From: a virus
IMG/VR virus record: IMGVR_UViG_3300047369_000650
Coordinates: 32,001-96,000 of that record
Reading direction: 5' to 3' (one strand)
DNA length: 64,000 nucleotides
The notes under the pieces are model-generated. The model was not told the origin of the DNA. It ran no database searches and saw only the letters and a list, made by a program, of their open reading frames with translations. Numbering within the stretch: the first letter of the stretch is position 1; each line of letters begins with the position of its first letter. The translations under genes were made by a program, and so were the position numbers. Shown piece after piece: positions 61,299 to 64,000 of the stretch.

Positions 61299-61973
61299 AT
61301 GGGTGATGTAGCACATCTAATAGGAAATGGTAAAAGTTCTGGTTTTTATCAGCACGCAAAAGGATTAAAGATTGCTTGTAATCTTCCGCCATTTGAAGTA
61401 CAGAATCTTTATACTACTGTTATGGTTGATTTTAAGATGATGAACGCTATTCATAAGCAGAATATAACAGTACCTGGAGATTGGGTTCTTGGTGCTAGAC
61501 CTCATAAATGGATGGAAATGAAAAATGATTTCTATGTAAAATATTCAAAACAAATCAAAGAATTTTATCTTACTCTTCCTAAGTATGCAGCAAATTATAC
61601 AGACTTTAACTGCGGCCATATGGCTACACATTGGATTGCAAATAAACTGAAACGTAAAGAGATTCATATGTATGGTTTTGACTCAATCTTTGAGTTTGAT
61701 ACTACAAGTATGTCTGATACTTTTATGGAGTCTGCCAGAGATAATTTAAATACTCAAAGATTAACGTCTAAGTGGAGACCCATCTGGCATGGAATTTTTA
61801 ATGAGTTTAAGGATACACAGTTTATACTTTATCATGATGTAGGTAAGTCCCAGGTTCCTCTTCCAAAAAATGTTGAAGTAAGAGATAATAATAAAGGTCG
61901 CAGAGCCAAGCGTACTCGTAATAAAGATTATAAGCCAGAACCTTTTGATAAAAGTAAAGTTTCTGATGCATAA
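61299..61973 (+). CDS. Maf/DUF115 or sialyltransferase-like Rossmann protein
   Basis: HLIGNGKS, IACN, NCGHMA and IHMYGFD pattern. Confidence 0.5.
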   Translation: MGDVAHLIGNGKSSGFYQHAKGLKIACNLPPFEVQNLYTTVMVDFKMMNAIHKQNITVPGDWVLGARPHKWMEMKNDFYVKYSKQIKEFYLTLPKYAANYTDFNCGHMATHWIANKLKRKEIHMYGFDSIFEFDTTSMSDTFMESARDNLNTQRLTSKWRPIWHGIFNEFKDTQFILYHDVGKSQVPLPKNVEVRDNNKGRRAKRTRNKDYKPEPFDKSKVSDA

Positions 61974-62006
61974 GGGGTTTACATTCTCTGAAAAATAGTT
62001 TATTAT
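61973..62006 (+). promoter_or_regulatory. T4-early/sigma70-type promoter
   Basis: AGGGGTTTACA-17 nt-TATTAT. Confidence 0.75.
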
Positions 62007-62025
62007 AATTACAGAGGTGCTAGAA

Positions 62026-62430
62026 ATGTATTACTATATAGACAACAGACCATCAACTCTTTCAATGGATTTCCTTGATGAAGTTCTTGACTTTGGGCAA
62101 TACTATCTCGGATTGGATAGCGATTTTATTATAAAGCTAGTTTTTCTTTCAGACTTGGGTAAACAAGTCTGGGGCTATTGTAATGGGCTGGAAGATGAAG
62201 ACTATGTAATTGAAATCAGTTCTAATATAAATACTTCTGATATGGTAGAAACCATATTTCATGAGTTAGTTCATGTGAAACAAATCATAGACGGGCGCCT
62301 AGATGAAGACGGTCGGACATGGAAAGGTAAAACGTATGACACAACAAAAACTCCCTATAAGGAGCTTCCTTGGGAAATAGAAGCTTTTAGGCTTCAAAGA
62401 CTCATGACAAAAGAATTTTTCTCAGCATAA
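62026..62430 (+). CDS. Putative HExxH metallopeptidase-like early protein
   Basis: ETIFHELVHVKQ...PWEIEA motif; GAGGTG SD favours the ATG at 62026. Confidence 0.7.
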   Translation: MYYYIDNRPSTLSMDFLDEVLDFGQYYLGLDSDFIIKLVFLSDLGKQVWGYCNGLEDEDYVIEISSNINTSDMVETIFHELVHVKQIIDGRLDEDGRTWKGKTYDTTKTPYKELPWEIEAFRLQRLMTKEFFSA

Positions 62431-62443
62431 TAGGAATACTGCA

Positions 62444-62515
62444 ATGGCAGATAGCGACGATCCTTGTGATGACGTAAGTGGGCGTGACTTAAGTAAATGG
62501 TTATATTGGAATTAA
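62444..62515 (+). CDS. Possible 23-aa microprotein MADSDDPCDDVSGRDLSKWLYWN
   Basis: AGGA SD 8 nt upstream; fills the gap before the next promoter. Confidence 0.4.
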   Translation: MADSDDPCDDVSGRDLSKWLYWN

Positions 62516-62535
62516 AAAAAAAATAAAAAAATGCA

Positions 62536-62573
62536 TTTTAGGGGTTTACAAATGGGTTAGGATATACTATATT
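62536..62573 (+). promoter_or_regulatory. T4-early/sigma70-type promoter with A-tract UP element
   Basis: A-rich tract 62514-62531, then TTTTAGGGGTTTACA-17 nt-TATATT. Confidence 0.8.
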
Positions 62574-62605
62574 AGTAGTATAAAGAGAATCGGAAGGAAC
62601 TAAAA

Positions 62606-62854
62606 ATGATTGATTATATCTCAGCTAACAACGGAAACATCCAGCTATGGAATGGAAACCAAATCGTAGCAGAAGCTTGTACTGCTAAATCAATTGTTTA
62701 TTTTCTTCAAGAGAATGGTTTTAATGAAGATGGAATTCTTGCTTCGTCTTCAATGGAATTTGCTTCAGAAGAAGGCTTTGATACAGATGACTGTGCTAAG
62801 AATCTTTGGAATGAATCACTTAATCGTTACTATGCATCAGTATGCTATTCTTAA
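62606..62854 (+). CDS. Hypothetical early protein (82 aa, acidic)
   Basis: AAGGA SD; first gene after the early promoter. Confidence 0.7.
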   Translation: MIDYISANNGNIQLWNGNQIVAEACTAKSIVYFLQENGFNEDGILASSSMEFASEEGFDTDDCAKNLWNESLNRYYASVCYS

Positions 62855-62870
62855 CTTAAAGGAAAAAATT

Positions 62871-63113
62871 ATGAATACTCCTTGGATTCAAGAAACTCGC
62901 AATGGCTTTGACATAGCCGAAGAAGAAATGAATCGACTCGAAGCTTTACCTGCTCAAGGTGAACAGTCTTCTATGGTTCAGTCTGATATGAAAGCATGGG
63001 CTGTTAAAAAAGGCATTTGGCTATCAGAACCATATAAGAACATTATTGTTCTTCATGCTATTGACCGCGGATGGCTTCAAGAGTATTCAACTGGAATGGA
63101 GATTTGTAATTAA
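62871..63113 (+). CDS. Hypothetical early protein (80 aa)
   Basis: AAGGA SD before the ATG at 62871; the ORF-track extension from 62694 overlaps the previous gene. Confidence 0.7.
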   Translation: MNTPWIQETRNGFDIAEEEMNRLEALPAQGEQSSMVQSDMKAWAVKKGIWLSEPYKNIIVLHAIDRGWLQEYSTGMEICN

Positions 63114-63334
63114 TGTTACAGGATGCAATTTATCATGGTCAAGTAGCACTTGATATTTTAGAGTTTGATTTCCACAGACCATTTAAAAATGGTAAGTGTA
63201 ATCGTGAAAATATCGAAGAAAAGATCATTGAGGGTATTCTTTCAAATGAACTTGAGCCCATGAACGATCAAGATGTTGATATTATTTGTGATTTAATTGA
63301 TAGTTTAATACTTGAACTAGGAGTGAAGAAGTGA
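63113..63334 (+). CDS. Hypothetical protein (73 aa, acidic)
   Basis: TAATG coupling with the upstream gene. Confidence 0.65.
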   Translation: MLQDAIYHGQVALDILEFDFHRPFKNGKCNRENIEEKIIEGILSNELEPMNDQDVDIICDLIDSLILELGVKK

Positions 63335-63510
63335 CTGAAGGGCCATTCAAGAGTGCATTTGATGCAGATACTGCTGGTGTAATTCGCAGAGAGATTATAA
63401 CATATCGAAGAAAAGATAATATTATGGTAAAAGAAACCGCAACAAGAGATTATTATAAAAGCGGTGATTATCATGATACAAGTTCAACAACACCGATTGT
63501 GGAAAGATAG
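63331..63510 (+). CDS. Hypothetical protein (59 aa; not in the ORF track)
   Basis: GGAG SD, GTGA overlap; MTEGPFKSAFDADTAGVIRREIITYRRKD... Confidence 0.6.
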   Translation: MTEGPFKSAFDADTAGVIRREIITYRRKDNIMVKETATRDYYKSGDYHDTSSTTPIVER

Positions 63511-63522
63511 ATAAGTTAAATA

Positions 63523-63599
63523 GGTTCCTTAGCTCAGCTGGATAGAGCAACTGCCTTCTAAGCAGTAGGTCATAGGTTCGAATCCTATAGGGACCACCA
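63523..63599 (+). tRNA. tRNA-Arg(UCU)
   Basis: Cloverleaf GGTTCCT/AGGGACC, anticodon arm ACTGC-CTTCTAA-GCAGT, TTCGAAT T-loop and encoded CCA. Confidence 0.95.
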
Positions 63600-63604
63600 A
63601 TAAT

Positions 63605-63679
63605 ATGGGTGAAGTGTTAATGGTTGCACGTCGGATTCCAAATCCGAAAGACAGAGTTCGATTCTTTGCACCCATGCCA
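63605..63679 (+). tRNA. tRNA-Trp(CCA), atypical tertiary core
   Basis: ATGGGTG/CACCCAT acceptor stem, G73, anticodon arm TCGGA-TTCCAAA-TCCGA and encoded CCA. Confidence 0.88.
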
Positions 63680-63696
63680 AACAAAAAGGATATATT

Positions 63697-63864
63697 ATGC
63701 GTAGAGGAAACAAACCTGAAGCAGAAGACTATATAAAGGTAAGGTTAGAGTTTCTTCACGAAGAAAAGAAAAAGAACGATAATCAAACTGCACATCTAGT
63801 ATTAGATAAAGCAATTTATGAATTAAGTATTGTTCTTGATCTTTTGACAAGAAACGGAGTTTAG
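63697..63864 (+). CDS. Hypothetical protein (55 aa) between tRNAs, overlapping tRNA-Pro
   Basis: AAGGA SD; MRRGNKPEAEDYIKVRLEFL...TRNGV; the stop lies inside tRNA-Pro. Confidence 0.55.
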   Translation: MRRGNKPEAEDYIKVRLEFLHEEKKKNDNQTAHLVLDKAIYELSIVLDLLTRNGV

Positions 63865-63931
63865 CGCAGTCTGGTAGCGCATCTGCTTTGGGAGCAGAGG
63901 GTCAGAGGTTCGAATCCTCTAACTCCGACCA
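63855..63931 (+). tRNA. tRNA-Pro(UGG)
   Basis: CGGAGTT/AACTCCG acceptor stem, TCTGC-TTTGGGA-GCAGA anticodon arm and encoded CCA. Confidence 0.95.
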
Positions 63932-63938
63932 AAAATAT

Positions 63939-64000
63939 TCCGGCGTAGCTCAGTGGTAGAGCAGTTGACTGTTAATCAATTGGTCGTAGGTTCGACCCCT
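63939..64000 (+). tRNA. tRNA-Asn(GUU), 3'-truncated by the window end
   Basis: TCCGGCG-TA-GCTC D-arm, GTTGA-CTGTTAA-TCAAT anticodon arm and GGTTCGACC T-loop. Confidence 0.88.

Noticed and set aside
51722-61973. Bacterial LPS/capsule island or chimeric host contig
   Set aside because: It is flanked by the same phage early-promoter family, has similar AT content and compact overlaps, and lacks membrane export or polymerase genes; it is treated as phage-encoded.
51722-61973. DNA hypermodification (glucosyl-hmC-type) cluster
   Set aside because: No thymidylate-synthase-like hydroxymethylase, T4 alpha/beta-GT or TET/JBP signatures were recognised. It is not fully excluded for individual GTs or MTases.
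62694-62870. N-terminal extension of the 139-aa ORF
   Set aside because: It overlaps the 62606-62854 gene; the SD supports the ATG at 62871.
1912-63474. The many minus-strand and alternate-frame ORFs of 60-140 aa in the track
   Set aside because: They overlap well-supported + strand genes, lack SD sites or motifs, and look like codon-bias shadows (Leu/Ile-rich or antisense Pro/Ser-rich).
63523-64000. Suppressor tRNA or alternative genetic code
   Set aside because: Anticodons UCU, CCA, UGG and GUU are standard. TAA, TAG and TGA all terminate genes, and long ORFs are intact in code 11.
1-64000. Introns, inteins, homing endonucleases, transposases, intrinsic terminators
   Set aside because: No LAGLIDADG, GIY-YIG, HNH or intein motifs and no convincing GC hairpin plus U-tract were seen by eye.

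Overview
The window is a 64-kb piece of an AT-rich, T4-like (probably marine/aquatic) myovirus genome. All credible genes lie on the + strand. Bases 1-14 kb hold the baseplate module: an amidase-containing ORF, gp5, gp25, gp6, gp7, gp8 and a VrlC-like protein. Bases 14-51.6 kb are an unusually large run of 14 tail-fibre, adhesin and accessory genes, including a 4,062-aa protein. These are preceded by T4 late promoters (TATAAATA) and built from shuffled modules: AxIxx pentapeptide blocks, YadA-like heads, LamG, PKD, cupredoxin-like, beta-propeller, and S74 and G2-type chaperones. Bases 51.7-62 kb are a tightly coupled glycan-modification cluster behind a sigma70/T4-early-type promoter. It has 6 glycosyltransferases plus one Maf/sialyltransferase-like protein, 4 methyltransferase-like proteins, a ParB/NDK/NTase-like fusion, a HAD phosphatase and a class I fructose-bisphosphate aldolase. 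Bases 62-64 kb carry small early genes and four tRNAs (Arg, Trp, Pro, and a truncated Asn). Best candidate for an undescribed system: the fibre proteins are saturated with Asp-Ser(-Ala) motifs (about 100 DS, about 48 DSA, by hand count in the giant fibre). This matches the Bacteroidota O-glycosylation sequon and sits next to the glycosyl/methyltransferase cluster, suggesting phage-encoded virion O-glycosylation. That link is an inference and is untested. All family calls come from motif recognition, not from database searches.
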